A program made the position numbers and the translations under genes. The notes under the pieces are model-generated. The model saw nothing but the letters and a program-made list of their open reading frames with translations, did not search any database and was not told the origin of the DNA. Shown in pieces: positions 29,644-41,087 of a DNA stretch of 64,000 nucleotides. This DNA comes from an uncultured Chloroflexia bacterium (GTDB lineage Bacteria > Chloroflexota > Limnocylindria > Limnocylindrales > CSP1-4), in the NCBI GenBank assembly GCA_963734535.1, contig CAVTHS010000014.1:128001-192000 (forward strand), written 5' to 3'. The stretch's first letter is position 1; every line of letters begins with the position of its first letter.

Positions 29644-31356
29644 ATGCCCAACCTCCCGGGCCTGGTCCAGATCGTCACGGTCCTGGCCGCCATCGTCCTG
29701 GTGACCCGCCCGCTGGGCGGGTACATGCGGCGCGTGTTCGAGGGCGAGCGGACGTTCCTCTCCCCTGTCATGCGACCCATCGAGCGCGGGATCTATCGGG
29801 TCATGGGCGTGGACGAGACCGTCGAGCAGCGCTGGACCGGCTACGCGGTGTCGATCCTGGTCTTCGCCTTCGTCGGCATCCTCGTCCTGTACGTCCAGCA
29901 GCGGGTCCAGGGCTCGTTGCCGCTCAATCCGAACGGCTTCGGAGCGGTTCCCCAGGACCTCTCGTTCAACACCGCCGTCAGCTTCGAGACCAACACGAAC
30001 TGGCAGAACTACAGCGGCGAGAACACGCTGAGCTACCTGACCCAGATGGCCGGGCTCACGGTTCGGAACTTCACCTCGGCCGCGATGGGTCTCGTGGTTG
30101 CCATCGCCCTGGCTCGCGGGCTGGTCCGACGCTCGGCGACAACCATCGGCAACTTCTGGGTGGACGTGACTCGGAGCACGCTCTACATCCTGCTCCCGAT
30201 CGCCTTCGTGGCGGCGCTCGTGCTGGTCTCCCAGGGTGTCGTCCAGACCCTCAATGCCTCGACCACCGTCCATACGCTCCAGGGAGCAAGCCAGACGATC
30301 AGCGTCGGTCCGTTCGCGTCGCAGGAGGCGATCAAGGAGCTCGGCAACAACGGCGGCGGCCCCTTCAACGCCAACTCGGCCCATCCCTTCGAGAATCCCA
30401 ACGGGCTCACGAACTGGCTCGAGATGTTCCTGATCCTGCTGATCCCGTTCGGCCTCACCAACACCTTCGGGCGGATGGCCGGCAACGAGAAGCAGGGCTG
30501 GGCGCTGTTCGCCGCCATGATGGTGCTCCTCGTCGTGGCGATCGCCGTGGTGACCTGGAGCGAGCAGCAGGGCAACCCGCTCTACCCGCAGGCCGTGAAC
30601 ACGGCCCTCGGCAACATGGAAGGCAAGGAGGTCCGCTTCGGCGCCGACACGAGCGCCTTCTTCGCCGCGGTGACGACCGGCACGAGCACCGGGGCCGTCA
30701 ACTCGATGCACGACAGCTTCCTGCCGCTCGGGGGCATGGTGCCGCTGGTCCTCATCCAGCTCGGCGAGATCACCCCCGGCGGAATCGGTGCCGGCTTCTA
30801 CGGCCACGTGATCTTCGGGGCGATCCTGGCCGTCTTCATCGCGGGCCTCATGGTCGGGCGGACCCCCGAGTACCTTGGCAAGAAGATCGAGTCATACGAG
30901 ATCAAGATGGCCATCCTGGCGGTGCTGGCCATGGGTGGCAGCATCCTCATCTTCTCGGCCATCGCGTCGGTCGCTCCAGCGGGTCTCGCCGGGCCCCTGA
31001 ACTCCGGGCCGCACGGCTTCAGCGAGATCCTCTACGCGTTCTCGAGCCAGACCGGCAACAACGGCTCGGCGTTCGCGGGCCTGACCGGCAACACCCTCTT
31101 CTACAACCTGTCGGGAGCCTCGGCGATGCTCATCGGCCGCTTCGCGGAGATCATCCCGGCCCTCGCGATCGCCGGGTCGATGGCGGCCAAGCGGCGGGTC
31201 GCGCCGTCGCTCGGAACCTTCCCGACCACGGGTCCCATCTGGGTCGCGCTGCTCATCGGGGTGATCGTGATCGTCGGCGCACTCACCTTCTTCCCGGCGC
31301 TCTCGCTGGGCCCAATCGTGGAGCAGCTCAAGATGGCCGCAGGCCAGGTGTTCTGA
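29644..31356 (+). CDS. kdpA: K+-transporting ATPase subunit A
   Basis: [29 protein letters not shown] and NNGSAFAGL. Confidence 0.97.
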   Translation: MPNLPGLVQIVTVLAAIVLVTRPLGGYMRRVFEGERTFLSPVMRPIERGIYRVMGVDETVEQRWTGYAVSILVFAFVGILVLYVQQRVQGSLPLNPNGFGAVPQDLSFNTAVSFETNTNWQNYSGENTLSYLTQMAGLTVRNFTSAAMGLVVAIALARGLVRRSATTIGNFWVDVTRSTLYILLPIAFVAALVLVSQGVVQTLNASTTVHTLQGASQTISVGPFASQEAIKELGNNGGGPFNANSAHPFENPNGLTNWLEMFLILLIPFGLTNTFGRMAGNEKQGWALFAAMMVLLVVAIAVVTWSEQQGNPLYPQAVNTALGNMEGKEVRFGADTSAFFAAVTTGTSTGAVNSMHDSFLPLGGMVPLVLIQLGEITPGGIGAGFYGHVIFGAILAVFIAGLMVGRTPEYLGKKIESYEIKMAILAVLAMGGSILIFSAIASVAPAGLAGPLNSGPHGFSEILYAFSSQTGNNGSAFAGLTGNTLFYNLSGASAMLIGRFAEIIPALAIAGSMAAKRRVAPSLGTFPTTGPIWVALLIGVIVIVGALTFFPALSLGPIVEQLKMAAGQVF

Positions 31357-31357
31357 G

Positions 31358-33559
31358 ATGATCAATCCAGCCCGCACGCCGACTATCGGGGCACGCCTCG
31401 TCCGGGCGGTCATCGACACGGGTCGCGGCACCCGCCGCATCCAGCGCGCCGAGCGCGAGGCGACCGCCGGAGCGCCGGGCGCCCCGAGGACGCCGCGGGG
31501 CATCTTCGATCCTGCCCTGCTGCGAGCCGCGCTCCGGCCGGCCCTTCGCAAGCTCGACCCGCGCGAGCTCTACAGGAACCCGGTCATGTTCGTCGTGGAG
31601 GTGACCGCAACGCTCGTCGCGCTGGTCTTCCTGGCCGACCTGGCGGGCATCACGACGGCCGCGACGGGCGAGGTCGGGCGGTCGCTGGGCTTCGAGCTCC
31701 AGATCGCGGCGTGGCTCTGGTTCACGGTCTACTTCGCCACGTACGCCGAGGCGCTCGCGGAGGCGCGCGGCAAGGCCCAGGCCGCGTCGCTGCGCAAGAC
31801 GCGTTCCGAGACGGCTGCCCACCGGCGGCGAGCCGACGGGACGCTCGAGGACGTCGGCTCGTCGCTCCTCCGCTCGGGAGACGTCATCGTGGTACGGGAC
31901 GGCGAGACGATCCCGGGAGACGGCGATGTCATCGAAGGCGTGGCCTACGTCAACGAAGCCGTCATCACCGGGGAGTCCGCCCCGGTCCTCAAGGAACCGG
32001 GCACCGACATCCGGAGCTCGGTCACCGGCGGCACGACGATCACCAGTGACACCCTCACCGTGCGCATCACGGCGAACCCGGGCGAGACATTCCTCGACCG
32101 GATGATCGCCCTCGTCGAGGGTGCGAAGCGACAGCGGACGCCAAACGAGATCGCGCTGTTCATCCTCCTCTCCGGCCTGACGATCGTCTTCCTGCTGGCG
32201 ACGGCGACCATCCGGCCGTTCGGCCTCTACGCGAACGCACAGCTGGGCCTCGTGGTCCTCGTGGCCCTGCTCGTCTGCCTGATCCCGACGACGATCGGGG
32301 GTCTCCTTTCGGCGATCGGCATCGCGGGCATGGACCGCGTGGCCCGCTTCAACGTCCTGGCGATGAGCGGCCGCGCCGTGGAGGCCTCCGGCGACGTCGA
32401 CGTGATCCTGCTCGACAAGACGGGCACCATCACGTTCGGCAACCGGCTGGCGTCCCGGATCGTGGCCGTGCCCGGCATCGACGAGCGCGACGCCGTCGAG
32501 GCAGCCCTGCTCACGTCGCTCGAGGACGAGACGCCGGAGGGCCGTTCGATCGTCGAGCTGGCGCGAACCCGGCTGGCCGCGCTGGGCGGGGCTGCCGACG
32601 TCCGGTCCGTTCCAGCCGGCGGGGCGGTGGCCCAGGTCGTGCCCTTCTCTGCGCAGTCGCGGACCAGCGGCGTGATCCTCGCCGACGGGACCGTCGTCCT
32701 CAAGGGCGCGGTGGACGCGATCGAGGCCGCCCTCGACGGCGCGGCGCCCCCGGCGCTGAAGGCGCTGAGCGACGAGATCGCGGGGCTCGGCGCAACGCCC
32801 CTGGCGATCCGCCGGAACGGGACGGTCCTGGGCGTGATCGAGCTCAAGGACACGGTCAAGCCCGGTCTCCGCGCCCGGTTCGACGAGCTTCGCCGGATGG
32901 GCATCCGGACGATCATGGTCACCGGCGACAATCCCCTGACCGCCCGGACGATCGCGGAAGAGGCCGGCGTGGACGACTTCATGGCCCAGGCCAAGCCAGA
33001 GGACAAGATCGCCCGGATCCGGGCCGAGCAGGCCGAGGGCCACCTCGTGGCGATGACCGGGGATGGCACGAACGACGCCCCGGCCGTGGCGCAAGCGGAC
33101 GTCGGGCTGGCGATGAACAGCGGGACGTCGGCGTGCAAGGAGGCCGCCAACATGGTCGACCTCGACTCCGACCCGACCAAGCTGATCGAGGTGATCGCGA
33201 TCGGCAAGCAGCTCCTCATCACCCGCGGCGCGATCACGACCTTCTCGATCGCCAACGATGTGGCCAAGTACTTCGCGATCCTGCCGGCGATGTTCGCGGT
33301 CGCGTACCCCGAGCTTCGCTCCCTGAACGTCATGGGTCTCGGCACGCCGGAGAGCGCCATCCTCTCGGCGGTGATCTTCAACGCGCTGATCATCATCGCC
33401 CTGGTCCCTCTTTCCCTGCGCGGCGTCGCCTACCGGGCGGCACCGGCTGCCGAGCTCTTGCGGCGCAACCTCCTGATCTACGGGGTCGGCGGCATCTTTG
33501 CGCCCTTCCTCGGGATCAAGCTGATCGACATCCTCGTCACCGCCGTCCACCTGGCGTAG
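31358..33559 (+). CDS. kdpB: K+-transporting ATPase subunit B
   Basis: [25 protein letters not shown] and [14 protein letters not shown]. Confidence 0.97.
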   Translation: MINPARTPTIGARLVRAVIDTGRGTRRIQRAEREATAGAPGAPRTPRGIFDPALLRAALRPALRKLDPRELYRNPVMFVVEVTATLVALVFLADLAGITTAATGEVGRSLGFELQIAAWLWFTVYFATYAEALAEARGKAQAASLRKTRSETAAHRRRADGTLEDVGSSLLRSGDVIVVRDGETIPGDGDVIEGVAYVNEAVITGESAPVLKEPGTDIRSSVTGGTTITSDTLTVRITANPGETFLDRMIALVEGAKRQRTPNEIALFILLSGLTIVFLLATATIRPFGLYANAQLGLVVLVALLVCLIPTTIGGLLSAIGIAGMDRVARFNVLAMSGRAVEASGDVDVILLDKTGTITFGNRLASRIVAVPGIDERDAVEAALLTSLEDETPEGRSIVELARTRLAALGGAADVRSVPAGGAVAQVVPFSAQSRTSGVILADGTVVLKGAVDAIEAALDGAAPPALKALSDEIAGLGATPLAIRRNGTVLGVIELKDTVKPGLRARFDELRRMGIRTIMVTGDNPLTARTIAEEAGVDDFMAQAKPEDKIARIRAEQAEGHLVAMTGDGTNDAPAVAQADVGLAMNSGTSACKEAANMVDLDSDPTKLIEVIAIGKQLLITRGAITTFSIANDVAKYFAILPAMFAVAYPELRSLNVMGLGTPESAILSAVIFNALIIIALVPLSLRGVAYRAAPAAELLRRNLLIYGVGGIFAPFLGIKLIDILVTAVHLA

Positions 33560-33568
33560 AGGTCTCCG

Positions 33569-34150
33569 ATGCGTGCGTTCGTCCGTCACCAGCTTTGGCC
33601 CGCAGTCGCCAGCCTGGCCCTCCTCACCCTCATCACCGGTTTCGTCTACCCGGCCGCCGTCACCGCGGTTGCCCAGGCCGTCTTCCCGAGCCAGGCCAAC
33701 GGCTCGTTCATCGTGGTGAACGGGACAACGGTCGGATCGAGCCTGATCGGCCAGGCCTTCAGTGACCCGAAGTACTTCTGGGGCCGGCCGTCGGCCGCCG
33801 GCGCGAACGGCTACGATGCGACCGCCTCGGGCGGCTCCAACCTTGGCCCCACGTCCAGGGCGCTCATCGATCGGATCACGAAGTCGGTTGACGACATGCG
33901 GGCAGCGAACGGGAACGCCCCGATCCCGGTCGACCTCGTGACGACCTCCGCCTCGGGGCTCGACCCGGACATCAGCCCGGACGCCGCCGAGTACCAGGTC
34001 GCACGCGTGGCGCAGGCGCGCGGCATGACCGCCGACCAGGTCCGGGCGCTGGTCGCGAAGCACACGAGCCAGCCGATCCTCGGCTTCCTGGGTGCGGCGA
34101 ACGTGAACGTCCTCGAGCTGAACCTGGACCTCGACGGGCTGTTGCGATGA
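33569..34150 (+). CDS. kdpC: K+-transporting ATPase subunit C
   Basis: YFWGRPSA, SASGLDPDIS and VNVLELNL. Confidence 0.96.
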   Translation: MRAFVRHQLWPAVASLALLTLITGFVYPAAVTAVAQAVFPSQANGSFIVVNGTTVGSSLIGQAFSDPKYFWGRPSAAGANGYDATASGGSNLGPTSRALIDRITKSVDDMRAANGNAPIPVDLVTTSASGLDPDISPDAAEYQVARVAQARGMTADQVRALVAKHTSQPILGFLGAANVNVLELNLDLDGLLR

Positions 34151-35304
34151 GCACGGGAGCCAGCGACCCGCAGCGCCCGACCGCGGACCAGATGCTGGCG
34201 CGCCTGCAGGCCGACGAGCGTCCGGCCCGCGGTCGGCTCCGGATCTACCTGGGGATGGCGCCCGGCGTCGGGAAGACATACAAGATGCTCGAGGAGGCGC
34301 ATCGCCGGCACGATCGCGGCACGGATGCGGTGGTCGGGTTCGTCGAGACGTACGGCCGCCGGCACACGGCCGCGCTGCTCGACGGGCTCGAGGCGGTTCC
34401 GAGGCGGCGGATCGAGTACCGCGGCGTGGTGGTGGAGGAGATGGACGCCCAGGCGATCATCGACCGGCATCCGACGGTCGTCCTCGTCGACGAGCTCGCC
34501 CACACGAATGTGCCCGGCGCCGATCGGGAGAAGCGTTGGCAGGATGTCGAGCTGATCCGCGATGCCTCGATCGATGTCATCAGCACCTGCAACGTGCAGC
34601 ACATCGAATCCGTCGCCGCGGTCGTCGAGACGATCCTGGGCGTTCCCGTCCACGAGCGCGTGCCCGACGACGTCGTCCGCATGGCCGACGAGATCGAGCT
34701 CGTGGACATGAGCCCCCACGCCCTCCGGCAGCGGATGAGACACGGGAACGTCTATTCCCCGGACCGGGCCGCGATCGCCCTGGAGCGCTTCTTCACCGAG
34801 CCGAACCTCATCGCCCTGCGCGATCTCAGCCTGCGCTTCGTCGCCGGCCAGGTGGACCGCGAGCTCGAGGACCGCGTGGCCGAGCAGGGCATCGGCGTTC
34901 CGCCGGTCACGGAGCGAGTGACCGTCCTGGTCGACGAATCCCTGGCCTGCCGGCGGGCCGTGCGTCGCGCCGCATCGCTCGCCTCCGCGCTCCATGCCAC
35001 GCTCCTCGCCGTTGCCATCGAGTCAGCCGGTGTCCAGCTGTCGCGCGACCGCCAGCGGGACCTCCAGTCGAACGTCGACTACGCGGTCGATCTCGGCGCA
35101 GAGATCATCCGCGGCGAGACGTCGGACCTCGCCAGGGGCCTCGAGGAGGTGCTGCGAGACCAGCGCGTCACGCATCTCGTGCTTGCCCACCACCCTCGTC
35201 ACGGGATGGATCGCCTCGGCAGGCCGTCGCTGGCCGAGCGCATTCTCGCCGCGGTGCCGGGGATCGAGGTCCACCTGATCAGCGAATCGCCTCCGGTGGC
35301 ATGA
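34147..35304 (+). CDS. Stand-alone KdpD N-terminal plus USP-like domain protein
   Basis: YLGMAPGVGKTY, VDELAHTN, KRWQDV and NVQHIES; no TM or kinase domain. Confidence 0.9.
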   Translation: MSTGASDPQRPTADQMLARLQADERPARGRLRIYLGMAPGVGKTYKMLEEAHRRHDRGTDAVVGFVETYGRRHTAALLDGLEAVPRRRIEYRGVVVEEMDAQAIIDRHPTVVLVDELAHTNVPGADREKRWQDVELIRDASIDVISTCNVQHIESVAAVVETILGVPVHERVPDDVVRMADEIELVDMSPHALRQRMRHGNVYSPDRAAIALERFFTEPNLIALRDLSLRFVAGQVDRELEDRVAEQGIGVPPVTERVTVLVDESLACRRAVRRAASLASALHATLLAVAIESAGVQLSRDRQRDLQSNVDYAVDLGAEIIRGETSDLARGLEEVLRDQRVTHLVLAHHPRHGMDRLGRPSLAERILAAVPGIEVHLISESPPVA

Positions 35305-35372
35305 GCGCACCCGGCCCGGGCCGGACGAGCACGGGCGGTGCGGAAGGGGGCCGTCGGGTGCAGAATCGCCGC

Positions 35373-36398
35373 ATGCCATACGTTCCAGCTCCCACGCGCT
35401 ACGACGACATGCAGTACCGGCGATCGGGACGGAGCGGGCTCCACCTGCCCGCGATCTCGCTCGGCCTCTGGCAGAACTTCGGGCACGGCCGCCCGATCGA
35501 CGGCCAGCGCTCGATCATCCACCGTGCCTTCGACCTGGGCATCACCCACTTCGACCTGGCCAACAACTACGGGCCGCCGTACGGCTCGGCGGAGGAGAAC
35601 TTCGGGCGAATCCTCGCCTCGGACCTTGCCGGCTACCGGGACGAGCTGGTCATCTCGTCGAAGGCGGGATACGACATGTGGCCGGGGCCGTACGGCGAGT
35701 GGGGCTCCCGGAAGTACCTGGCGGCGAGCCTCGACCAGAGCCTTCGCCGGATGGGTCTCGATTACGTCGACATCTTCTACTCCCACCGCTTCGACCCGGA
35801 GACCCCGCTCGAGGAGACGATGGGTGCCCTCGACGCCGCCGTGCGGCAGGGCAAGGCGCTCTATGCCGGCATCTCCTCCTACTCGGCAGCCCAGACCCGA
35901 GCGGCGGTGGCGATCCTGCGGGCGATGGGAACGCCGCTCCTCATCACGCAGCCGTCCTACTCCATGCTCAATCGCTGGATCGAGGGAGGCCTCCTCGACG
36001 TCCTCGGGGACGAGGGTGTCGGCTGCATCGTGTTCTCGCCGCTCGCGCAGGGCGTGCTGACCGGCAAGTACCTCCGCGGCATCCCCGCGGGTTCGCGCGC
36101 GGAGTCGGGCAGCTCGCTCTCGCCGGAGCTCCTCGCCGCCGAGACGCTGGCGAAGGTGCGCGCGCTCGCCGACATCGCCGGGAGGCGGGGCCAGAGCCTG
36201 GCGCAGATGGCCCTCGCCTGGGCGCTCCGCGACCCGCGGGTGACCTCCGCGCTCGTGGGAGCTGGCAGCGTCGCGCAGCTCGAGGAGAACATCGCCGCGC
36301 TCGGGAACCTCGCGTTCTCCGCGACCGAGCTCGCCGAGATCGACCGCTACGCGACCGAGAGCGGGATCAACCTCTGGGCGGCGTCAAGCAAGTCGTGA
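35373..36398 (+). CDS. Aldo/keto reductase (L-glyceraldehyde-3-phosphate reductase, YghZ-like)
   Basis: ISLGLWQNFG, HFDLANNYGPPYGSAE and MWPGPYGEWGSRKY. Confidence 0.92.
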   Translation: MPYVPAPTRYDDMQYRRSGRSGLHLPAISLGLWQNFGHGRPIDGQRSIIHRAFDLGITHFDLANNYGPPYGSAEENFGRILASDLAGYRDELVISSKAGYDMWPGPYGEWGSRKYLAASLDQSLRRMGLDYVDIFYSHRFDPETPLEETMGALDAAVRQGKALYAGISSYSAAQTRAAVAILRAMGTPLLITQPSYSMLNRWIEGGLLDVLGDEGVGCIVFSPLAQGVLTGKYLRGIPAGSRAESGSSLSPELLAAETLAKVRALADIAGRRGQSLAQMALAWALRDPRVTSALVGAGSVAQLEENIAALGNLAFSATELAEIDRYATESGINLWAASSKS

Positions 36399-36466
36399 GG
36401 CGCCGCGTTGGGCCGGTCTCCGCCGGCCGGCGGAGACCGATCGCCAGCACCAAGGGGGAGAAGATC

Positions 36467-36883
36467 GTGGACTGGAAGCTCGAGCTCATCGTGGTCCCCG
36501 TCTCCGACGTCGACCGCGCCAAGACCTTCTATCTCGAGAAGGCCGGTTTCAGCCTGGACGTCGACCATGTCGCGGGCGACTTCCGGGTCGTGCAACTGAC
36601 GCCCGCAGGGTCTGCGTGCTCGATCGCCCTCATGCGGCACACGGAGGGAGCCGCGGGGTCGCTCCAGGGTCTGCAGCTCGTCGTCACCGACATCGACGCC
36701 GCGCGTTCCGAGCTCGTTGGACGAGGGATGGACGCGAGCGAGATCTTCCACTTCGAGTCCGGCCGGCAGGTGCCGGGCCCCGATCCCGAGCGCGCCCCGT
36801 ACAACTCGTTCCTCTCGTTCAGCGACCCAGACGGCAACGGCTGGATGGTCCAGGAGGGGAGGCGCGCCGAGTCGCCGGCCTGA
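36467..36883 (+). CDS. VOC/glyoxalase family protein
   Basis: VPVSDVDRAKTFY and FSDPDGNGW. Confidence 0.88.
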   Translation: MDWKLELIVVPVSDVDRAKTFYLEKAGFSLDVDHVAGDFRVVQLTPAGSACSIALMRHTEGAAGSLQGLQLVVTDIDAARSELVGRGMDASEIFHFESGRQVPGPDPERAPYNSFLSFSDPDGNGWMVQEGRRAESPA

Positions 36884-36959
36884 TCGTCACGCCCGAAGGG
36901 CCGGGGGAGGCCGAGCCGGCGGACGTCGCAGGCGACTCCGAAGCCGTTCGCGGCCATGG

Positions 36960-37187
36960 TCACCGGGCGGTGCGCGTCTCCACCCCGCGGTCGTCGGCCT
37001 GGCCGGACGGCTGGACAATCCTGCCCGACCACCCACCCCCCTCGGCCTCGACGAGCCGCTCGAGCTCGCCCTGGTCGAGGAAGATGCCCCGGCAGTCCTC
37101 GCACTGCTCGACGAGGATCGTGCTGCGCTCGTACGGGCGCATGCGCCCGCCGCACTTCGGGCACGCGAGTTCGCGCGAGGCTGTCAT
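36960..37187 (-). CDS. Small zf-TFIIB-like zinc-ribbon protein
   Basis: CPKC-x17-CEDCRGIFLDQGELE; AAGGAG SD. Confidence 0.85.
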   Translation of the reverse strand: MTASRELACPKCGGRMRPYERSTILVEQCEDCRGIFLDQGELERLVEAEGGGWSGRIVQPSGQADDRGVETRTAR

Positions 37188-37311
37188 CGGCTACTCCTTC
37201 GAGGTGGGGTCGAGCCGGGACGCGCGCCGATCCGAGGAATGCCAGGCCGGCCGCATCGGGGAGGGTGGTGGCGACGGAGGGAGTCCATCAGCGGCTCCGG
37301 CAGGAACGTAT

Positions 37312-37406
37312 CGAAGGTCTCGCCCGCTCGCACAGCGGCCCGCCGACCGGGCGTGCCAGCGGCCCGCCGGGATGTCGATCGAACGGAGGTGGACTACTCC
37401 CCTTCG
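37312..37406 (-). ncRNA. yybP-ykoY (Mn2+) riboswitch
   Basis: CGAAGGGGAGTAG ... TCGACATC ... GGCGAGACCTTCG with P1 = CGAAGG/CCTTCG; TATGAT -10 at 37413-37418. Confidence 0.82.
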
Positions 37407-37655
37407 CGCTCCATCATACGGAGACGCCTCGACTCCGCTCATGCCGCTTGGCCTGAAGGTCGGCTGAACGGCTCTCGCGGGGCTGGGCCCCGTCGCGCCA
37501 CCTCGCGCGCAGGCCATCCCGGGCCTCATGGGCCGTTGCCGCGGGCAGATCGGCCCTTGTCGCGCCTCGCTGGCGGCGTCGACGATCGCGGGGCGGCGAT
37601 CGGCGCGACCCCGATTGAGGTCCAACGCGGGCTGCGCGCGCCCGCCGGAGGTGGC

Positions 37656-38606
37656 ATGTCTCTCGTCATCGACGGGCTTCGCAAGCGCTTCGACGAGGTG
37701 GTGGCCCTCGACGGCGTCGGCTTCACCGTCAACCCCGGCCAGGTGTTCGGCTTCCTCGGCCCCAACGGTGCCGGGAAGACCACGACCATGCGCATCGTCC
37801 TCGACATCCTCCACGCTGACCAAGGCTCGGTGACGTGGAAGGGCCAGGCCGCCGCCCGCGTTGCCAAGCGCACGTGGGGCTACCTGCCCGAGGACCGCGG
37901 GCTGTACCCACGGATGAAGGTCCTCGATCAGCTCGTGTTCTTCGGGTCGCTCCATGGGCTCACGCGCGCCGACGCGGCAGCGCGCACCAGGCACTGGCTC
38001 GCCCGCTTTCGCATCAGCGACTATGCGACGCGACGGGCCGACCAGCTGAGCAAGGGCAACCAGCAGAAGGTCCAGTTCATCGCGGGAATCCTGCACGACC
38101 CGGACGTCCTCCTCATGGACGAGCCGTTCTCCGGCCTCGACCCGATCAATGCAGCCCTCCTCAAGGACGCGTTCCTGGAGCTGAAGGACCGGGGCAGGGC
38201 GATCGTGTTCAGCACCCACCAGATGGACCAGGTCGAGGAGCTGTGCGATGCGATCGCGATCATCGATCGCGGCCGGATGGTGGTGAGCGGCGCCACGGCC
38301 GAGGTGCGCCGGCAAGCAGGGCGCCGGGTCGTGCAAATCGCCGTCGCCGGCGACCCGGATCTCGCCTGGCTCGACGCCCTGCCCGGCGTCCTCGTGACTC
38401 GCTCGGGCCTCGACTACCACGAGCTGGACGTTCGCGACGGGGGCAACCCGGACAGCATCCTGCGCGCCGCCTTCGATCGGGGCGCACAGGTGACCCGCTT
38501 CGAGATCGCGGACCCATCGATCGAGGATATCTTCATCGAACGCGTCGGGGTGACGAGCACCGAGGAACGAACGCTGGCGGCCGCGCCGGCGGAGGTCGCC
38601 CGATGA
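37656..38606 (+). CDS. ABC exporter ATP-binding subunit (NatA/YhaQ-like)
   Basis: GPNGAGKTT, LSKGNQQK and DEPFSGLDP. Confidence 0.92.
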   Translation: MSLVIDGLRKRFDEVVALDGVGFTVNPGQVFGFLGPNGAGKTTTMRIVLDILHADQGSVTWKGQAAARVAKRTWGYLPEDRGLYPRMKVLDQLVFFGSLHGLTRADAAARTRHWLARFRISDYATRRADQLSKGNQQKVQFIAGILHDPDVLLMDEPFSGLDPINAALLKDAFLELKDRGRAIVFSTHQMDQVEELCDAIAIIDRGRMVVSGATAEVRRQAGRRVVQIAVAGDPDLAWLDALPGVLVTRSGLDYHELDVRDGGNPDSILRAAFDRGAQVTRFEIADPSIEDIFIERVGVTSTEERTLAAAPAEVAR

Positions 38607-39970
38607 GCCCGGAGTGGTCGGCCAACGTCGCCAACATCGGGGCCGTGACGCGCCGGGAGTTCGTCACCCGGACCGGCAACCGCGGCTTCATCATCTCGAC
38701 CCTGATTCTCGTCATCGCGTCGGTCGCGATCGGGCTGGCGCCCGTGGTGATCCGGTTCATCGACCGTAACACCACCCAGACCGTCGCCGTCTACGCGGGA
38801 GCGGCCGACCTGCACGGCGACCCGGTGGCCACCCTCGACGCGCTCCTCAATGCCGCGGCCGGCACCCCTCCGCCGAACGGATCCGGCGCGAACGGCGGGA
38901 AGAGGGACTTCACCGTCGAGCCCGCCGCCGACCCGGCTGCCGCACGCCAGGGCGTGCTCGACGGAACGCTGAATGCCCTGGTCGACATCGAGCGAGACCC
39001 GACAGGCGAGCCCGTCTTCACGATCTACGCCAAGGATCCCGGGACCAGCCGCACGGTGACCCTGATCCGCCAGGCGGTCGCCTCCATCGCGATCGCCGAC
39101 CGGCTCGGCAACGCGGGCCTCTCGGTGGCCGAGCAGTCGCACCTCTTCTCACCCCCGACGGTGCGAGCCCTCTCGCCCGACCCTGCGAAGCAGGGCCCGG
39201 ACGGGCAGCCCTCCCCTGCAAAGACCGCGACCGACGAGATCAGCAACTTCGCGGTCACCTTCGGCCTGGTGATGTTCCTCTTCCTCGCCGTGATCATCTA
39301 TGGCACGTGGATCGCGATGAGCGTCGTCGAAGAGAAGACGAACCGGGTGATGGAGATCATCCTCTCTACCGCTTCGCCATTCCAGCTGCTCGCGGGCAAG
39401 GTCCTCGGGGTCGGCGGCGCGGCCCTGACGCAGTACCTCGCGGTGCTGGCGGCCGCGCTCGCCGCGATCCTGCTCCAGGGCCAGGTCGCCGCCCTCGTGC
39501 TCGGGGATTCTGGCGGGCTCAGCCTGCCGACGGGGCTCACGCCGGGAATCCTGCTGGTCTTCTCGGTCTACTTCGTGCTGGGGTTCATGCTGTACGCGGT
39601 GCTCTTCGCGGCCGCGGGCTCGCTCGTGAGCCGCCAGGAAGACGTGAGCCAGGTCGTGACGCCGATGACCCTGGTCTCGACCGCGGGCTACCTCATCGGC
39701 CTGTATGCGTCCATCGGCATCGTCGACGCGAACGCCTCCTGGGTCGTGGCTCTCTCGTGGGTCCCGTTCCTCTCGCCATACATGATGCTCGGGCGCCTGA
39801 GCGCCGGCGAAGCCGGGCCGGTCGAGGTCGTCGGGACGATGGCGCTCATGGTCGTCACGATCGTCGTCGCCGTCTGGGTGGCGGCCCGCATCTACAGCGC
39901 CGGCGTCCTGATGTACGGCCAGCGGCCCGGCATCCGGCGCATGTGGAAGGCGCTCCGCGAGGCCCGCTGA
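38603..39970 (+). CDS. ABC-2 type permease (NatB/YhaP-like)
   Basis: SVVEEKTNRVMEI, LLAGKVLG and ARIYSAGVLMYG. Confidence 0.9.
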   Translation: MSPEWSANVANIGAVTRREFVTRTGNRGFIISTLILVIASVAIGLAPVVIRFIDRNTTQTVAVYAGAADLHGDPVATLDALLNAAAGTPPPNGSGANGGKRDFTVEPAADPAAARQGVLDGTLNALVDIERDPTGEPVFTIYAKDPGTSRTVTLIRQAVASIAIADRLGNAGLSVAEQSHLFSPPTVRALSPDPAKQGPDGQPSPAKTATDEISNFAVTFGLVMFLFLAVIIYGTWIAMSVVEEKTNRVMEIILSTASPFQLLAGKVLGVGGAALTQYLAVLAAALAAILLQGQVAALVLGDSGGLSLPTGLTPGILLVFSVYFVLGFMLYAVLFAAAGSLVSRQEDVSQVVTPMTLVSTAGYLIGLYASIGIVDANASWVVALSWVPFLSPYMMLGRLSAGEAGPVEVVGTMALMVVTIVVAVWVAARIYSAGVLMYGQRPGIRRMWKALREAR

Positions 39971-40182
39971 GTCAGCGACGCGCCGGAAGAACGCCGACCA
40001 CCGGGGTCCCGGACGCCATGGGCGTGGCAACGTGAGGGCGTGGGTCACCCTCACTGCGCAGGCGGCCGTCGTACGCCGGCGCGCTGGTTCGCGGCCAGTC
40101 GGATAGACTCGCCAGCCGGCTTCCGCCCGAAGGACGGAGGGCGCGACGCGCCCACCCGGCCTCGACTCGCGAGAGGAGCCCC

Positions 40183-40986
40183 ATGGCTGCAGTCCCCGCC
40201 ACGTTCGGCCTCGCCACCGTCAATGGAATCGAGCTGGCCTACCAGGTCCACGGCAGCGGCAGGCCGCTCGTCCTGCTCCATGGCGGATTCGGGTCGGTCG
40301 AGATGTTCGGGGCCAACGTCGCTGCCCTCGCCGCGGGTCGCTCCGTCATCGGCGTCGACCTGCAGTCCCACGGGCGGACGCCCGCCGTCGACCGGCCGAT
40401 GCGCTTCGAGACGATGGCCGACGACGTCGCCGCCCTGATCGGCCATCTCGGCCACGAGCAGGCAGACGTCATGGGCTTCTCGTTCGGTGGCGGCGTTGCG
40501 CTCAGGACGGCGATCCAGCATCCGGATCTGGTCCGCCGGCTGGTCGTCGTCTCCGCGCCCTTCAGGCGCGACGGGTGGCATCCCGAGATGGTCGCCGGCT
40601 TCGCAACCATGGGCCCCGAGATCGCGGAACCATTCAAGCAGACGCCGATGTACGCGACCTACCGCGAGATCGCGCCGCGCGTGGAGGACTGGCCGATCCT
40701 CGTGACGCAGCTCACCGGGCTGCTCAAGCTCGACTACGACTGGACCGACGAGGTGCGCGGCCTGCCCATGCCGGTGATGGTCGTCGCCGGCGACGCGGAC
40801 GGCCTGCCGCCTCGCCACGCGGTCGAGCTCTTCGAGCTCCTCGGCGGTGGCCTGCGCGATGCGGTGTGGGACCACTCCGGGATGACCAGGCACGCACTTG
40901 CCATCCTGCCTCGCGCCACCCATTACGAGATCAACGTTGCGCCGGCCCTCGCGTCGAGCGTCGCGGCGTTCCTCGACGAGGCCTAG
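40183..40986 (+). CDS. Alpha/beta hydrolase
   Basis: LLHGG, DLQSHGRT and GFSFG nucleophile elbow. Confidence 0.9.
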   Translation: MAAVPATFGLATVNGIELAYQVHGSGRPLVLLHGGFGSVEMFGANVAALAAGRSVIGVDLQSHGRTPAVDRPMRFETMADDVAALIGHLGHEQADVMGFSFGGGVALRTAIQHPDLVRRLVVVSAPFRRDGWHPEMVAGFATMGPEIAEPFKQTPMYATYREIAPRVEDWPILVTQLTGLLKLDYDWTDEVRGLPMPVMVVAGDADGLPPRHAVELFELLGGGLRDAVWDHSGMTRHALAILPRATHYEINVAPALASSVAAFLDEA

Positions 40987-41087
40987 GCCCCGGCTCGGCA
41001 GCCGCGTGACCGCGAGGGTCTTCCCGTCCGGCGGGGACCGCGGGCACGGGTTCGGGCCTCGCCCCGGCATGGGATGATCGGCAGCCG

